Position numbers and translations under genes: made by a program
Notes under the pieces: model-generated
What the model was told of the DNA's origin: nothing
Database searches by the model: none
What the model saw: only the letters and a program-made list of their open reading frames with translations
Part shown: one piece after another, positions 28,783 to 39,766 of the stretch
How positions within the stretch are numbered: the first letter of the stretch is position 1
How the letters are laid out: every line of letters begins with the position of its first letter
Assembly (NCBI GenBank): GCA_017468385.1
Contig: JAFUIQ010000011.1
Location: 68,224-132,223, forward strand
Direction of reading: 5' to 3'
From: Clostridia bacterium
Lineage (GTDB): Bacteria > Bacillota > Clostridia > Oscillospirales > CAG-272
Length of the DNA: 64,000 nucleotides

Positions 28783-29772
28783 ATGCGTTTGACGAAAATA
28801 AAGATTACTCCCCGATACGGAAGCCGCGTGGCGGTGGTCCCGGTGCCGGAGGATGCATCCCTGTGGAAAAACGCCACCCGCGATCAGCTGGCGCTGTTGC
28901 TTGTGCTGATGGCGGAGGGGGAGTGCACGCCCGATGTGCTGTCGGAGAGAAGCGGCGTTCTGAAAAAGAATATGGACGAGGCCCTTGCCTATTGGGTGGA
29001 TGCGGGCGTGATCGCCGTGGAGGGAATGCGTCCCACTGCCGCCAAGGGATCGGGATACCGGGGCGTGGTCAGAAAGACGCCCGAGCGGGCGGCGGAACTG
29101 CCCCACTACAATACGGATGAGGCGGCCCGCTATCTGGAGAAGCACCCCTCCGCCTCCAATCTGATCGACTGCTGTCAGCAGGAGTTGGGGAAGATTTTCA
29201 ACACCTCCGAGGCGGAGATTATCATCGGCCTTTTGGATTATCTGTCTTTGGATCCGGAGTACATACTGCTTCTGTTCGCCCATTGCGCTAAGCGGGAATT
29301 GAAATCCCTCCGTTATATCGAGAAGATGGCCATCACCCTGCACGACGCGGGCATCGTCACCTACGATCAGCTGGATCAGCATCTGAAGAAGGTGGATCGG
29401 GCCAACAGCGCGGAGCATGCTTTGCGGGATCTGTTCGGCATCGGCAAGCGGGCCCTCATCAAGCGGGAGCGGGAGGCCTTCTTCCGCTGGATCTCCGAGT
29501 GGGAGATGCCGCTGGATGTGATCGAGCGGGCTTACGAGATCACGGTGGGATCTACCAAGGAGCCCTCCGTGCCGTACACCAATGCCATCCTGGAAAAATG
29601 GCACGCCAAGGGACTGAAAACCCTGGCCGATGTGGAAGCGGAGGAGGCGGCGAAATCCCCGGCTACCCCCAAGCCTGCCATGGGCAATTTTGATACGGAC
29701 GATTTCTTTGAGGCGGCCCTCAGCCGCTCCTATGATGTGACACAGGAGGACAACCATGGCGTTCAATCGTGA
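28783..29772 (+). CDS. DnaD/DnaB-domain replication protein
   Basis: Two DnaD-like domains (SLRYIEKMA; SVPYTNAILEKWHAKGLKT); SFD-like tail NFDTDDFF. Confidence 0.85.
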   Translation: MRLTKIKITPRYGSRVAVVPVPEDASLWKNATRDQLALLLVLMAEGECTPDVLSERSGVLKKNMDEALAYWVDAGVIAVEGMRPTAAKGSGYRGVVRKTPERAAELPHYNTDEAARYLEKHPSASNLIDCCQQELGKIFNTSEAEIIIGLLDYLSLDPEYILLLFAHCAKRELKSLRYIEKMAITLHDAGIVTYDQLDQHLKKVDRANSAEHALRDLFGIGKRALIKREREAFFRWISEWEMPLDVIERAYEITVGSTKEPSVPYTNAILEKWHAKGLKTLADVEAEEAAKSPATPKPAMGNFDTDDFFEAALSRSYDVTQEDNHGVQS

Positions 29773-30718
29773 GAATATTGCCCGCGTGCGGGAGGAATTT
29801 GTCACCCGCCGGGCGCAGGCCGCCGAGGAAAGTGAGCGCAAAAAGCTGGAAGTGTACCGACACATCCCCGCCGCGGCGGATCTGGATCGGCAGATTGCGT
29901 CGGTGGGGGCCCGCGTGATGGCGGCGGCGCTGAAAGGCGGCGACGTGGCGGACGCGGTGGAGAAAATGCGGGAGGAGAATCAGGAACTGCGCCGGCAGCG
30001 TGCCGCGCTTCTGACGCAGAACGGATACCCGGCGGACTACACCGATATCCGCTACCGCTGTGAGACTTGCGGCGATACGGGCTTTGTGGGCACGAGAATG
30101 TGCCATTGCATGCGGGAAGAGCTGGTGCTGGCCGGATACGAAAGCTCCGGCATCGGCCGACTGATGCAGACACAGAGCTTTGAGAGCTTTTCCCTGGATT
30201 ACTACCCCGCCGCGGATCGGACGGGGATGGAGGCCAATCTCCGCACCCTGCGGGAATTTGCCCATCGGTTTGATACGCATCGCGGCGAGAATTATCTTTT
30301 GATCGGCGGCACGGGCCTGGGTAAGACCCATCTGTCCACCGCAGTGGCGCGGGGCGTCATCGATTCCGGATTCGATGTGGTCTACGACACGGCCCAGGGC
30401 GTATTTTCCGCCTTTGAGGCGGCCCAGTTCGGTCGGGATCAGGATGCGGGCGAGGAAAAATATCTGCGGTGTGAGTTGCTCATCATGGACGATCTGGGAA
30501 CAGAGTTGACCAACAACTTCACCGTGTCCTGCCTGTACAATATCATCAATACCCGCCTGAACAATCGCCTGTCCACGATCATCAACACCAATCTTACCCA
30601 CAGCGAATTGCGCACAAGATATGCGGACCGCATCACCAGCCGCCTGTTCGGCGAGTTCCGTCCGTTGCTGTTTTCCGGCAGCGATATCCGCCGGGAGAAA
30701 CTGAAGCGGGGAAACTGA
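29756..30718 (+). CDS. DnaC/DnaI-like helicase loader ATPase
   Basis: CETCGDTG..CHC, GGTGLGKTHLS, MDDLGTE, NTNL, RITSRL. Confidence 0.9.
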   Translation: MAFNRENIARVREEFVTRRAQAAEESERKKLEVYRHIPAAADLDRQIASVGARVMAAALKGGDVADAVEKMREENQELRRQRAALLTQNGYPADYTDIRYRCETCGDTGFVGTRMCHCMREELVLAGYESSGIGRLMQTQSFESFSLDYYPAADRTGMEANLRTLREFAHRFDTHRGENYLLIGGTGLGKTHLSTAVARGVIDSGFDVVYDTAQGVFSAFEAAQFGRDQDAGEEKYLRCELLIMDDLGTELTNNFTVSCLYNIINTRLNNRLSTIINTNLTHSELRTRYADRITSRLFGEFRPLLFSGSDIRREKLKRGN

Positions 30719-30839
30719 CATTTTCTCATATATTCCGAAAAGTTATCATATTCTTCATGGATTATTTTTCCCGATTCCATTATAATGGAATCAAATCGTA
30801 CAGAAAGGCGGATCCGACGGATCCGATGGTAAATGAATT

Positions 30840-31697
30840 ATGAAAATCGGTGCAATGGTAGAATCGTTCCGTGCCGGCTTCCGTGGCGGCGTGGAAAAAG
30901 CGGCCGCTCTCGGCGTGGAGGGTATCCAGGCGTATGCCACCTATGGTGAGTTGGCGCCTGAGAATATGACGCCCGCCAAGATTAAAGAAACTCTGGATAT
31001 CGTGCATTCTCACGGCCTGGTGTTCTCCGCAATCTGCGGTGACTTCTGCGTGGGCTTTGCCGATCCCGAAAAGAATAAAATCTATGTGGAAAAATCCAAG
31101 CGGGTGCTGGATCTGGCGAAGGAGTTGAACTGCAATGTGGTAACCACCCACATCGGCGTGGTTCCCGTGGAGGAAAACGAGAAGAAGAAGATCATGCGGG
31201 AGGCCTGCCACGAGCTGGCTGTGTACGCCGATTCCATCGGTTCCGCTTTCGCTGTGGAGACCGGTCCGGAACTGGCTACGGTTCTGTGCGATTTCCTGGA
31301 TTCTCTGGATGCCGGCGGCGTGCGCGTCAACTTCGACCCGGCCAATCTGGTTATGGTGGCGGGAGATCGTCCCGAAACCGCTGTCAAGACCTTGGGCAAG
31401 TACATCGTACATACCCATGCCAAGGACGGCATCAAGCTGCAGCGTACCGTGGCCGAGGGCGTGGAACTGAGCCCTGAAGCCAAAGCACATAACGAAATGA
31501 TGGATATGGGCAAGCGCTATCTGGAACTGCCGCTGGGACAGGGCGGTGTGAATTTCGACACCTATCTGCCCGCCCTCAAGGAAACCGGATTTGACGGATT
31601 CCTCACCATCGAGCGCGAAGTGGGCGCCACTCCTGAAGAAGATATCGGTATGGCGGCCCGTTTCCTTGCGGAAAAGATCCGTCAGTACAATCTCTGA
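30840..31697 (+). CDS. Sugar phosphate isomerase/epimerase (xylose-isomerase-like TIM barrel)
   Basis: AVETGPE, NFDPAN, HTHAKD, LTIERE. Confidence 0.9.
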   Translation: MKIGAMVESFRAGFRGGVEKAAALGVEGIQAYATYGELAPENMTPAKIKETLDIVHSHGLVFSAICGDFCVGFADPEKNKIYVEKSKRVLDLAKELNCNVVTTHIGVVPVEENEKKKIMREACHELAVYADSIGSAFAVETGPELATVLCDFLDSLDAGGVRVNFDPANLVMVAGDRPETAVKTLGKYIVHTHAKDGIKLQRTVAEGVELSPEAKAHNEMMDMGKRYLELPLGQGGVNFDTYLPALKETGFDGFLTIEREVGATPEEDIGMAARFLAEKIRQYNL

Positions 31698-31720
31698 TAT
31701 ATCGCCCGATAAAACAAACC

Positions 31721-31746
31721 GGGGGAATGCCCGAAGGCATTCCCCC
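31721..31746. terminator. Bidirectional terminator-like hairpin
   Basis: GGGGGAATGCC-CGAA-GGCATTCCCCC between convergent genes. Confidence 0.75.
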
Positions 31747-31766
31747 ATGTGTTTGTGAGTAGTTAT

Positions 31767-31901
31767 TTAACGGCAGCCGCAGGTATTTACGCCGCATCCG
31801 CAGCCACAGCCGTTGTTGCCGCAGACAAGGGTCAGAATAAGCAGGGTGAGCAGGATCAGCCACAGAGTCTCGTTCTCAAAGATTTCGCAAATGCATCCCA
31901 T
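31767..31901 (-). CDS. 44-aa Cys/Gly-rich single-TM small protein (possibly spore-associated)
   Basis: AAAGGA RBS; MGCICEIFENETLWLILLTLLILTLVCGNNGCGCGCGVNTCGCR. Confidence 0.75.
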   Translation of the reverse strand: MGCICEIFENETLWLILLTLLILTLVCGNNGCGCGCGVNTCGCR

Positions 31902-32027
31902 ATTCCAATTTCCTTTTCGTTCATAGTATTGCGGGGGTTTCACCCGCTGCCGGGCCGCGGCTCTCACCGCATCCCTGATACTATACTATGACCGAGGGGA
32001 CGCTTTGCTACTGTTTGCGACAAAAAG

Positions 32028-32669
32028 TTATTCCAGATCGATGTGGGTGCAGTGCAGAAAGGCGTTGGCACTGACAATGCTGTCCGTGGGAATCTCTGTC
32101 TTGGCACCGCAGTCCTTGCAGGAGATCTGCACGCAGTCGTCCAGAATGTCCACGGCATAGTGGCCGTGACCCTTCGGGCATTGGCATCGGATTTCGCCCT
32201 CCGCGCTCAGTTCATGGATCACATACATAATGATGTCCATGATCTGCGGATCGCTGAACATGCGGTCGCGATCCCGGCGGTTTTCCGCTATGGAGGAGAA
32301 TTCCTCCCCGCTGAGGATTTCCTTCAGCTCCCGATCCGCGTCGGCCAGAGCCCGATCCACATCCTCCTTGTGTCCCACAAAGCCGATGTTCATGCCCGAA
32401 TAGGGGCAGGGAAACGCCATCAGATCCGTCTCGAAAAAGAACTGGGAGGAGATGGTGAAGGTGTGGGGATTGGGGCAGAGGAAGCAAGGGATCTGCAGGC
32501 GGACTTTTTTATCTTTGGTGTACACCACGGAAAGATCGCTTTTTCCGCAGGGGCATTTCATGCGGATCATGTCGGCAGACAGAGAGAACACGCCGATCAG
32601 GCTGATCACCGCGGAGCCGCAGTGCGGACAGCGATAGGCAAGAGTGGTTTGTTTTTGATTCAGAATCAT
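32028..32669 (-). CDS. Conserved Cys-rich (zinc-binding) hypothetical protein
   Basis: CPHC, CPCG, CFLC, CQC, CKDC. Confidence 0.85.
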   Translation of the reverse strand: MILNQKQTTLAYRCPHCGSAVISLIGVFSLSADMIRMKCPCGKSDLSVVYTKDKKVRLQIPCFLCPNPHTFTISSQFFFETDLMAFPCPYSGMNIGFVGHKEDVDRALADADRELKEILSGEEFSSIAENRRDRDRMFSDPQIMDIIMYVIHELSAEGEIRCQCPKGHGHYAVDILDDCVQISCKDCGAKTEIPTDSIVSANAFLHCTHIDLE

Positions 32670-32848
32670 ATTTATCCGATCCAATCCATAGAATGTATGT
32701 ATTATTATAACACCTGATATTATTTTATGTCAATCTTTTGAAAAGGGAATCTTTTCCCCGGGCCAATGAATCAGCAAAAATGCCACGTTCCACAGGGAAA
32801 CGAGGATTTGGGGAAGGATTCGTCAGATTATGACGGAAAGGAGGAGCC

Positions 32849-35254
32849 ATGCATCTGACGTTCGGTGAGAATTTCCGCACCGTCTTTTTGGACGTGGCGG
32901 AGTTGTGCGTTTTTGCCCGCCGTAAGGCGGGTGTGCCCACGGGATTTCACACAAGCTGTGGGGACGGCCATTTGGGCGAGGGTTTGTCCGATGTCCGTCG
33001 GAATGTGCCGGTTTCCGCTGTGCGGGAAGCGGATGGCTTTTCCTTTGTTTTCCGTGGGGAGATCGATGCGGTGTCCTTTGACGGGACAACCTTGTGTTGT
33101 GAATACCGGAAATTTGTGCGCCGCTCCCCCGACAGAGTGTATCCCGGGGATGACGCGGCCTATCTGGCCCGGGTGATGCTGTGCGCCTGTATGCTGGCGG
33201 AGGAGGAAGGCCGGGAGAGCCTGGCTATCCGCATGGCGTTTGTGCGGGAATCCGACGGAGCGGTGCAGTGCTGGGAGGGGATGTTTGCCCGGGCTGTGCT
33301 GGCCCGTTCTCTGGATGCTTTGTTTGAGCGTGCCGCGCCTTTTCTGGCGATGGAGGCTTGCCGCATGGGTGAGGGCAGGGAACAGCTGAAAAAGCTTCGC
33401 TTCCCCTATCCCACCATCCGGGAGGGACAAAGAGATCTGATGGAGGAGATGTTCCGCTGTGCGCGTACATCCCGCCGTCTGCTGGCCAGCGCTCCCACCG
33501 GAATCGGCAAGACCATGTCCGGCGTGTATCCCGCCTTGCGGGCATTGGGCGTCGGATATGGGGATCGGATCTTCTACTTCACCGCCAAAACGGTGACGGG
33601 CAACGCGGCATTGGATGCGGTGCGCACCCTGAGCGAACAGTGCCCCACTCTGCGATGCTGCCGCATTGCGGCCAAAGAGCGGCTGTGTCCCCGCCGCAAA
33701 AACGGGGAGAACGCCCACGGCATGTGCCGCCGCTGTGAGATGCTGGCCCCCCTGGGGAAGCAGTCCTATGAGGAACGGCGGGATCGGGCCCTTCTTTCCG
33801 TTTTGGAAAGCGGCACGGTGTACGACAGCCCCGATATGGTGAAAATCGCCGAGCAGTACGGCATCTGCCCCTATGAATTGTCGCTGGATGTCAGCGAATA
33901 CTGCGATATGATCGTCTGCGATTACGGCTATCTGCTGGATCCCCATGTGCGCTTCCAGCGGTATTTCGTGCAGGATCGGGGAGAGAAATATATTTTCCTC
34001 TTCGATGAGGCCCACAATCTGCCTGACCGGGCCAGAGAAACCTATTCCGCCGCACTGAGCCGCTCGGAATTTCTCCGCTTTGCGGAGAGCGTCTGCGCCG
34101 CCTTGCCCGACGATCGGCCTCTGGCCGACGGATGCGATTGCATGCGTGCTGCATTCGACGGCATCGAAGCCATGTGCGCCGCCGAAGCGGAGGAATCGCC
34201 GGAGGGGGAGCGGGCGGGATGTATCCTGTTGTCCGCGGTGCCGCCTTTCCTTGTGGAGGCGGTGGGACGTATGCGGGCGGTGTGCGACGAATATCTGCGG
34301 CGGGATTACGAGAGTGCCGCGCCCCTCTTTGAGGATATGCGCACGGCCCTGCGCCGCTTTGCGGAATCCGTCGCCCTGGCGGACGATGCCTTCGCCTTCT
34401 ATGCCGAAGCGGCGGGTGGGGAGTGCCTTGTGCGTCTCATGTGTCTGGATCCTGCGCGGATGCTGGATGAGGCCATGAAGAAGGCGGTGAGTACCGCCCT
34501 GTTTTCCGCCACCCTGTCTCCCATGGATTACTATGCCGACGTGTGCGGCTGCAAAAACGCCGTGCGGCTGGAACTGCCATCCCCCTATGAGCGGGAGAAT
34601 CTGTGTCTGGTGACGGTGGATTCCGTGGGAACCCGATTGTCCCAGCGGCGGGATACCTCCGCCGACGTGGCGGAATTGATTGCCGCCGTGACGGAGAGCC
34701 GGGCGGGGAACTACATCGTCTATTTCCCGTCTTACAAATACATGAACGCCGTGTGCCGGCAGTATCTGAAACTGTCTCCGGGCAGTAAGGTTATTTTGCA
34801 GAAGCAGGGCATGAGCATCGGCGAGCGGGATCGGTTCCTGCGTGCCTTTGCATCCTCCGCCGCACGGGGAGAGGGACTGACCGCATTCTGCGTGCTGGGC
34901 GGCATCTTCTCCGAGGGAATCGATCTGCAGGGAGAGAGTCTCATCGGCTCCATCATCGTGGGGATCGGTCTGCCCGGCTTGTCCAGTGAGTTGAATATCC
35001 TGTCGGAATATTACGAAAAGACAAGAGAAAGCGGCCACGATTACGCCTATCTCTATCCAGCCATGAACAAGATCCTGCAGGCGGCGGGCCGCGTGATCCG
35101 CAGTGAAGAGGATCGGGGCGTGGTGGTGCTGATCGACGATCGGTACGCCGATCCGGGCATACGAAAGTTGTTCCCCGCCCATTGGAGCCGGATGCAGTAC
35201 ACGGGCGACGCCTACTCCCTCAGCCGGATTCTGGAAAAGTTCTGGGATGAATAA
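32849..35254 (+). CDS. DinG/XPD(Rad3)-family Fe-S helicase with N-terminal nuclease-like remnant
   Basis: APTGIGKT, CP..C..C..CPY, DEAHN, SATL, FPSY, SEGID, QAAGRVIR. Confidence 0.92.
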   Translation: MHLTFGENFRTVFLDVAELCVFARRKAGVPTGFHTSCGDGHLGEGLSDVRRNVPVSAVREADGFSFVFRGEIDAVSFDGTTLCCEYRKFVRRSPDRVYPGDDAAYLARVMLCACMLAEEEGRESLAIRMAFVRESDGAVQCWEGMFARAVLARSLDALFERAAPFLAMEACRMGEGREQLKKLRFPYPTIREGQRDLMEEMFRCARTSRRLLASAPTGIGKTMSGVYPALRALGVGYGDRIFYFTAKTVTGNAALDAVRTLSEQCPTLRCCRIAAKERLCPRRKNGENAHGMCRRCEMLAPLGKQSYEERRDRALLSVLESGTVYDSPDMVKIAEQYGICPYELSLDVSEYCDMIVCDYGYLLDPHVRFQRYFVQDRGEKYIFLFDEAHNLPDRARETYSAALSRSEFLRFAESVCAALPDDRPLADGCDCMRAAFDGIEAMCAAEAEESPEGERAGCILLSAVPPFLVEAVGRMRAVCDEYLRRDYESAAPLFEDMRTALRRFAESVALADDAFAFYAEAAGGECLVRLMCLDPARMLDEAMKKAVSTALFSATLSPMDYYADVCGCKNAVRLELPSPYERENLCLVTVDSVGTRLSQRRDTSADVAELIAAVTESRAGNYIVYFPSYKYMNAVCRQYLKLSPGSKVILQKQGMSIGERDRFLRAFASSAARGEGLTAFCVLGGIFSEGIDLQGESLIGSIIVGIGLPGLSSELNILSEYYEKTRESGHDYAYLYPAMNKILQAAGRVIRSEEDRGVVVLIDDRYADPGIRKLFPAHWSRMQYTGDAYSLSRILEKFWDE

Positions 35255-35290
35255 AATCGCTTCTGCCCCCCGCGGGCGAGGCGATTTTTT
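35253..35290 (+). terminator. Terminator
   Basis: AAAATCGC..GCGATTTT stem plus T run. Confidence 0.7.
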
Positions 35291-35458
35291 CTTTTTTTGC
35301 CCCAAAATCCCATAAAAATGCGAAGAATTCCCCATTCCGACGGGCGTTTTTTGTTGCACAGTGCCGAAATTCAAAAAAATGCAAAAAGCCTGTTTTCATT
35401 GGGCTTTTTTTGTGATATACTATGTAAGTTAATTATATAGAAAGATCGGGATACTATT

Positions 35459-37285
35459 TTGGTAAGAGAAGATTTGCGCAACATAGCGATCATCGCCCAC
35501 GTTGACCACGGTAAGACTACCCTGGTGGACGGCATGCTGAAGCAGGGCGGTGCGTACCATGAAAACCAGGCCGTGGTAGAGCGCGTGATGGACTCGGGCG
35601 CCATCGAAAAGGAACGCGGCATCACGATTCTCGCAAAGAACACCTCCGTATATTATAACGGTGTAAAGATCAACATCGTAGACACCCCCGGACACGCGGA
35701 CTTCGGCGGCGAAGTAGAGCGTATTCTGAAGATGGTCAACGGCGTCATCCTGCTGGTAGACGCGGCGGAGGGCCCCATGCCCCAGACCCGCTTCGTGCTT
35801 CAGCGAGCCATGGAGCTGAATCACCGCATCATCGTGGTGGTCAATAAGGTGGACCGTCCCGATGCCCGTATCAATGAGGTTATCGATGAAACGCTGGAGC
35901 TTCTGATGGATCTGAACGCCACCGACGAGCAGCTGGATTCTCCCATGCTGTTCTGCTGCGGCCGCTCCGGCACCGCATCACTGGATCCGGAAACCCCGGG
36001 CGAGGATCTGCGCCCTCTGTTCGACACCATTCTGGAGTACATCCCCAGCCCCGAGGGCGAGGTGGACGAGCCGCTGCAGCTTCTGGTTTCCTCCATCGAC
36101 TACAACGATTACGTGGGCCGTATCGGCATCGGCCGTATTGAGCGGGGATCTCTCCGTGTCAATCAGGATGTTACCATCTGCAACTATCACAATCCCGGTG
36201 AGACCCGCCGGGCCCGCATCGCGGCCTTGTACCAGATCAGCGGTCTGGACCGGGTGGCGGTGGATTCTGCCAAGATGGGCGACATCGTTTGTTTCTCCGG
36301 TGCGGCGGATATCGGTATCGGCGACACCATTTGCGCCACCGACCGTCCCGAGCCCCTGGAGTTTGTGAAGGTGTCCGAGCCCACCATGGAGATGACCTTC
36401 TCCGTCAACGACAGCCCCTTTGCCGGCAAGGAGGGCAAATTCGTTACCTCCCGCCAGATCCGTGACCGTCTGTTCAAGGAGACCTTGAAGGACGTGTCCC
36501 TGCGGGTCAGCGACGGCGAGACCACCGATTCCTTTAAGGTGGCCGGCCGCGGTGAGATGCATCTGTCCATCCTCATCGAGACCATGCGCCGGGAGAATTA
36601 CGAGCTGTGCTGCTCCATGCCCCACGTTCTCTATAAGGAGATCGACGGCAAGCTCTGCGAGCCCATGGAGAAGGTGTCCATCGACGTGCCCGATGACGCG
36701 GTGGGCAGCGTAATGCAGAAACTGGGTGCCCGCAAGGGTGAACTCATCGAGATGGCCAAGGTGGGATCCCGTACCCGCATCGAGTACTCCATCCCCTCCC
36801 GCTGTCTGTTCGGCTACCGCAGCGAGTTCATGACCGATACCAAGGGCGAGGGCGTCATCAACACTCTCTTCGACGGTTATCAGCCCTACAAGGGCGACGT
36901 GACCACCCGCTTTACCGGTTCTCTGATCGCCTCCGAGGATGGCGAGGCCACCTCCTACGGTCTGTTCAACGCACAGGATCGCGGCGCTATGTTCATCGGC
37001 GTACAGACGCCCGTGTACGAGGGTATGATCGTGGGCGAGTGCCCCAAGCAGGAGGATATTGCCCTCAACGTCTGCAAGAAGAAGCACCTGACCTCCATCC
37101 GCTCCAAGGGCGCGGATGAGGCACTGATCCTCACCCCGCCGAAGGTGATGTCCCTGGAGCAGGCCATCGAATATATTGGTGATGATGAACTGATCGAGGT
37201 AACTCCCAAGTCCATCCGCCTGCGCAAGAAGATCCTGAATACGGAATTGCGCCTGAAGGCCGAGGCAAAGCTGAAGAAATCCTGA
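35459..37285 (+). CDS. typA: Translational GTPase TypA/BipA
   Basis: [41 protein letters not shown]. Confidence 0.98.
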   Translation: MVREDLRNIAIIAHVDHGKTTLVDGMLKQGGAYHENQAVVERVMDSGAIEKERGITILAKNTSVYYNGVKINIVDTPGHADFGGEVERILKMVNGVILLVDAAEGPMPQTRFVLQRAMELNHRIIVVVNKVDRPDARINEVIDETLELLMDLNATDEQLDSPMLFCCGRSGTASLDPETPGEDLRPLFDTILEYIPSPEGEVDEPLQLLVSSIDYNDYVGRIGIGRIERGSLRVNQDVTICNYHNPGETRRARIAALYQISGLDRVAVDSAKMGDIVCFSGAADIGIGDTICATDRPEPLEFVKVSEPTMEMTFSVNDSPFAGKEGKFVTSRQIRDRLFKETLKDVSLRVSDGETTDSFKVAGRGEMHLSILIETMRRENYELCCSMPHVLYKEIDGKLCEPMEKVSIDVPDDAVGSVMQKLGARKGELIEMAKVGSRTRIEYSIPSRCLFGYRSEFMTDTKGEGVINTLFDGYQPYKGDVTTRFTGSLIASEDGEATSYGLFNAQDRGAMFIGVQTPVYEGMIVGECPKQEDIALNVCKKKHLTSIRSKGADEALILTPPKVMSLEQAIEYIGDDELIEVTPKSIRLRKKILNTELRLKAEAKLKKS

Positions 37286-37505
37286 CGCACCCGTGTGCGG
37301 CGGAGATTCCGGAATAGGGCGATGCGGCACGATGTACCGCTCCGTGCGAATCGTCTCCCGGAATCCCCAAAATGGATTTTTTGCGAAAAACTATTGATTT
37401 TACGGACGAAATTTGCTATACTGATTATAGGTGTTGGAATTTCGTCGCTGAGCGGACGGAATTTTGTATAAATTTAAAGAAATTTTGTGCACAGGAGCAT
37501 ATTAT

Positions 37506-37769
37506 ATGATTTCTCGTGATGTTACAATAAAAAATAATGTCGGTCTGCACGCAAGACCTGCAACATTTTTTATTCAGAAGGCGAATTCCTATCGTAGTTC
37601 TATCTGGGTGGAGCGTGAGGACAGACGTGTCAACGCCAAGAGCCTCCTGGGTGTTCTTTCCCTGGGTATTGTGAAGGGAACTACCATTACTTTGATCGCA
37701 GACGGTGCGGATGAAACCGAGGCCCTGGACGGCCTTGCCGCGCTGATCGATACCGGATTCAACGAATAA
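37506..37769 (+). CDS. ptsH: HPr phosphocarrier protein
   Basis: GLHARPA (His15), NAKSLLGV (Ser46). Confidence 0.93.
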   Translation: MISRDVTIKNNVGLHARPATFFIQKANSYRSSIWVEREDRRVNAKSLLGVLSLGIVKGTTITLIADGADETEALDGLAALIDTGFNE

Positions 37770-37868
37770 TCCGGCATGTTCCCGCAATGGGGACAATAAG
37801 TCTATAGGTTTTATGGCGAAAAGCGCGGTCGGTATGCTTTTCGCCACTTTTGCTTTTGGGAGGATCGT

Positions 37869-39749
37869 ATGGAGTCACTGGCACATACCCCGCAAAGTGA
37901 GCAGGTGCTGTCCCATCTGCGCTCCAAGGCGGCGGCACTGCCCCGCGTGCCGGGGGTGTATATCATGCGCGCCCCGTCGGGAAAAGTGATCTATGTGGGA
38001 AAATCCCGCTCTCTTCGTGATCGGGTGTCCCAGTATTTCCACGGTGCCCACGATGTGAAAACCGCACGAATGGCGGGCAGTGTCCACGATTTCGATTTCA
38101 TCGTGTGCGACACGGAGATGGAAGCGCTGGCGCTGGAAAACCGCCTGATCAAGCAGTATTCTCCCAAGTATAATATTCGTCTGAAAGACGCAAAATCCTA
38201 TCCGTATATCCGCCTCAGTATGGGGGATGAGTATCCAAGACTGTCCATGACGCGGAGCCGGGCGGGGGATGATTCCCTCTACTTCGGGCCCTATTCCGGC
38301 GTGTCCACCGTGTTCTCCATCATCCATACGCTGGAGAGTACCCTGGGCCTTCCGTCCTGCAAGCGGGTTTTCCCCCGGGATATCGGGCGGGAACGCCCCT
38401 GCGTCTATCGGCAGATGGGAAAGTGTGTGGGCGTGTGCGCCGGGGATGTGGATAAAGAAGAATACGCCGCCTTGGTTCGCTGTGCGATCCAGATTTTGCG
38501 GGGCGGCACCAAAGACGCCATTGCGGATCTGGAGACGCGGATGAGCGACGCCTCGGAAAATCTCCGCTTTGAGGAGGCCGCCCGCTGTCGGGATTCTATC
38601 GCCGCCCTCAGACGGTTGGGCGAAAAGCAGAAGGCTGTGGGCGCACCGGATTTCGAGTGCGATGTGATCGCCCTGGCCCGGGACGAGGCGGGGGATTGTG
38701 CCTCCGTATTCTATGTCCGCGGCGGCTATATTGCGGACAGCGAACAGTTCCTTTTTGCTCCCGACGCCATCACGGAGGACGGCGGCGACGCCGATTCTCC
38801 CATGAGCGCGTTCATTCTGGGCTTGTATCAAAGCCGGGAGTATATTCCCCGGGAGATCCTTTTGTCCTTTCCCCTGCCGGAGGAGGAGATGGCGGCCCTG
38901 TCTGCCTGCCTCAGCGAGCGGGCCGGGCACCGTACCGTCGTGCGCACGCCCCAGCGGGGCGATGCCCGCCAGCTTTGTCTGATGGCGGAAAAGGATGCGG
39001 CCCAGCACAGGGAGAATCAGCGGCGACGGGAGGAGGGCGATATGAAGGTCCTCGTCCGTCTGGCATCCCTTCTGGAATTGGAAACGGTGCCGGAGCGCAT
39101 CGAGGTGTACGACATATCCAATCTGGGAGCGGAGCACATCACCGCCGGCATGATCGTGGCGGAAAACGGCCGCTTCAAAAAGAGCGACTATCGCTATTTC
39201 AAGATTCGCTCCGTCACGGGCGCGCCCGATGACTATGCCTCCATGCGGGAGGTGATCCTTCGGCGGATCGCCCATCTGGAGGATGCGTCGGGAGGGTATT
39301 CCATCCGTCCCGATCTGATCCTGTTGGACGGCGGTAAGGGACATGTGTCCGTGGTGCGGGAAGCACTCCGGGAGGCGGGAGTGGATATCCCCGTGTACGG
39401 TCTTGCCAAGGATGAGCATCACAAGACCCGCACCGTGGTGGGCGAGGAGGAGGAAATCCAGATCGCACGGGACCCGCTGGTGTTCCCGTTCCTTTACAAA
39501 TTGCAGGAGGAGGTTCACCGCTTCACCGTGTCCGGCATGAGTGCCGCCAAGCGGAAAACCCTGCGCACATCGTCTTTGGAGAAAGTAAAAGGCATCGGCC
39601 CCGCTAAGGCCAAAACACTGCTCTCCCATTTCGGCACGCTGGCCAATATGCGCCTCGCTTCCGCGGCCGACATCGAGGAGGTGCGCGGTCTGTCCCGGGC
39701 GGATGCGGAGAATATCTACGAATTTTTGCATAAAAACACATCGGATTGA
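37869..39749 (+). CDS. uvrC: Excinuclease ABC subunit C
   Basis: PGVY..IYVGK GIY-YIG domain, PKYNI, YDISN, DDYASM, LDGGKG, HhH. Confidence 0.97.
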   Translation: MESLAHTPQSEQVLSHLRSKAAALPRVPGVYIMRAPSGKVIYVGKSRSLRDRVSQYFHGAHDVKTARMAGSVHDFDFIVCDTEMEALALENRLIKQYSPKYNIRLKDAKSYPYIRLSMGDEYPRLSMTRSRAGDDSLYFGPYSGVSTVFSIIHTLESTLGLPSCKRVFPRDIGRERPCVYRQMGKCVGVCAGDVDKEEYAALVRCAIQILRGGTKDAIADLETRMSDASENLRFEEAARCRDSIAALRRLGEKQKAVGAPDFECDVIALARDEAGDCASVFYVRGGYIADSEQFLFAPDAITEDGGDADSPMSAFILGLYQSREYIPREILLSFPLPEEEMAALSACLSERAGHRTVVRTPQRGDARQLCLMAEKDAAQHRENQRRREEGDMKVLVRLASLLELETVPERIEVYDISNLGAEHITAGMIVAENGRFKKSDYRYFKIRSVTGAPDDYASMREVILRRIAHLEDASGGYSIRPDLILLDGGKGHVSVVREALREAGVDIPVYGLAKDEHHKTRTVVGEEEEIQIARDPLVFPFLYKLQEEVHRFTVSGMSAAKRKTLRTSSLEKVKGIGPAKAKTLLSHFGTLANMRLASAADIEEVRGLSRADAENIYEFLHKNTSD

Positions 39750-39766
39750 GTACGAGGTAAGTAAAC

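Noticed and set aside
29756-30718. IS21 IstB or prophage replication module
   Set aside because: No IstA, IRs or phage genes; sits in core context after tsaD with a DnaD-domain partner
31767-31901. RiPP precursor for the radical SAM trio
   Set aside because: About 27 kb away, has a TM helix, and the radical SAMs show no SPASM or RRE features
32828-35374. 848-aa antisense ORF (and similar ones at 49424-52108, 37875-39731, 11564-13456, 57185-58948)
   Set aside because: Antisense shadows of well-supported high-GC genes; no motifs or RBS
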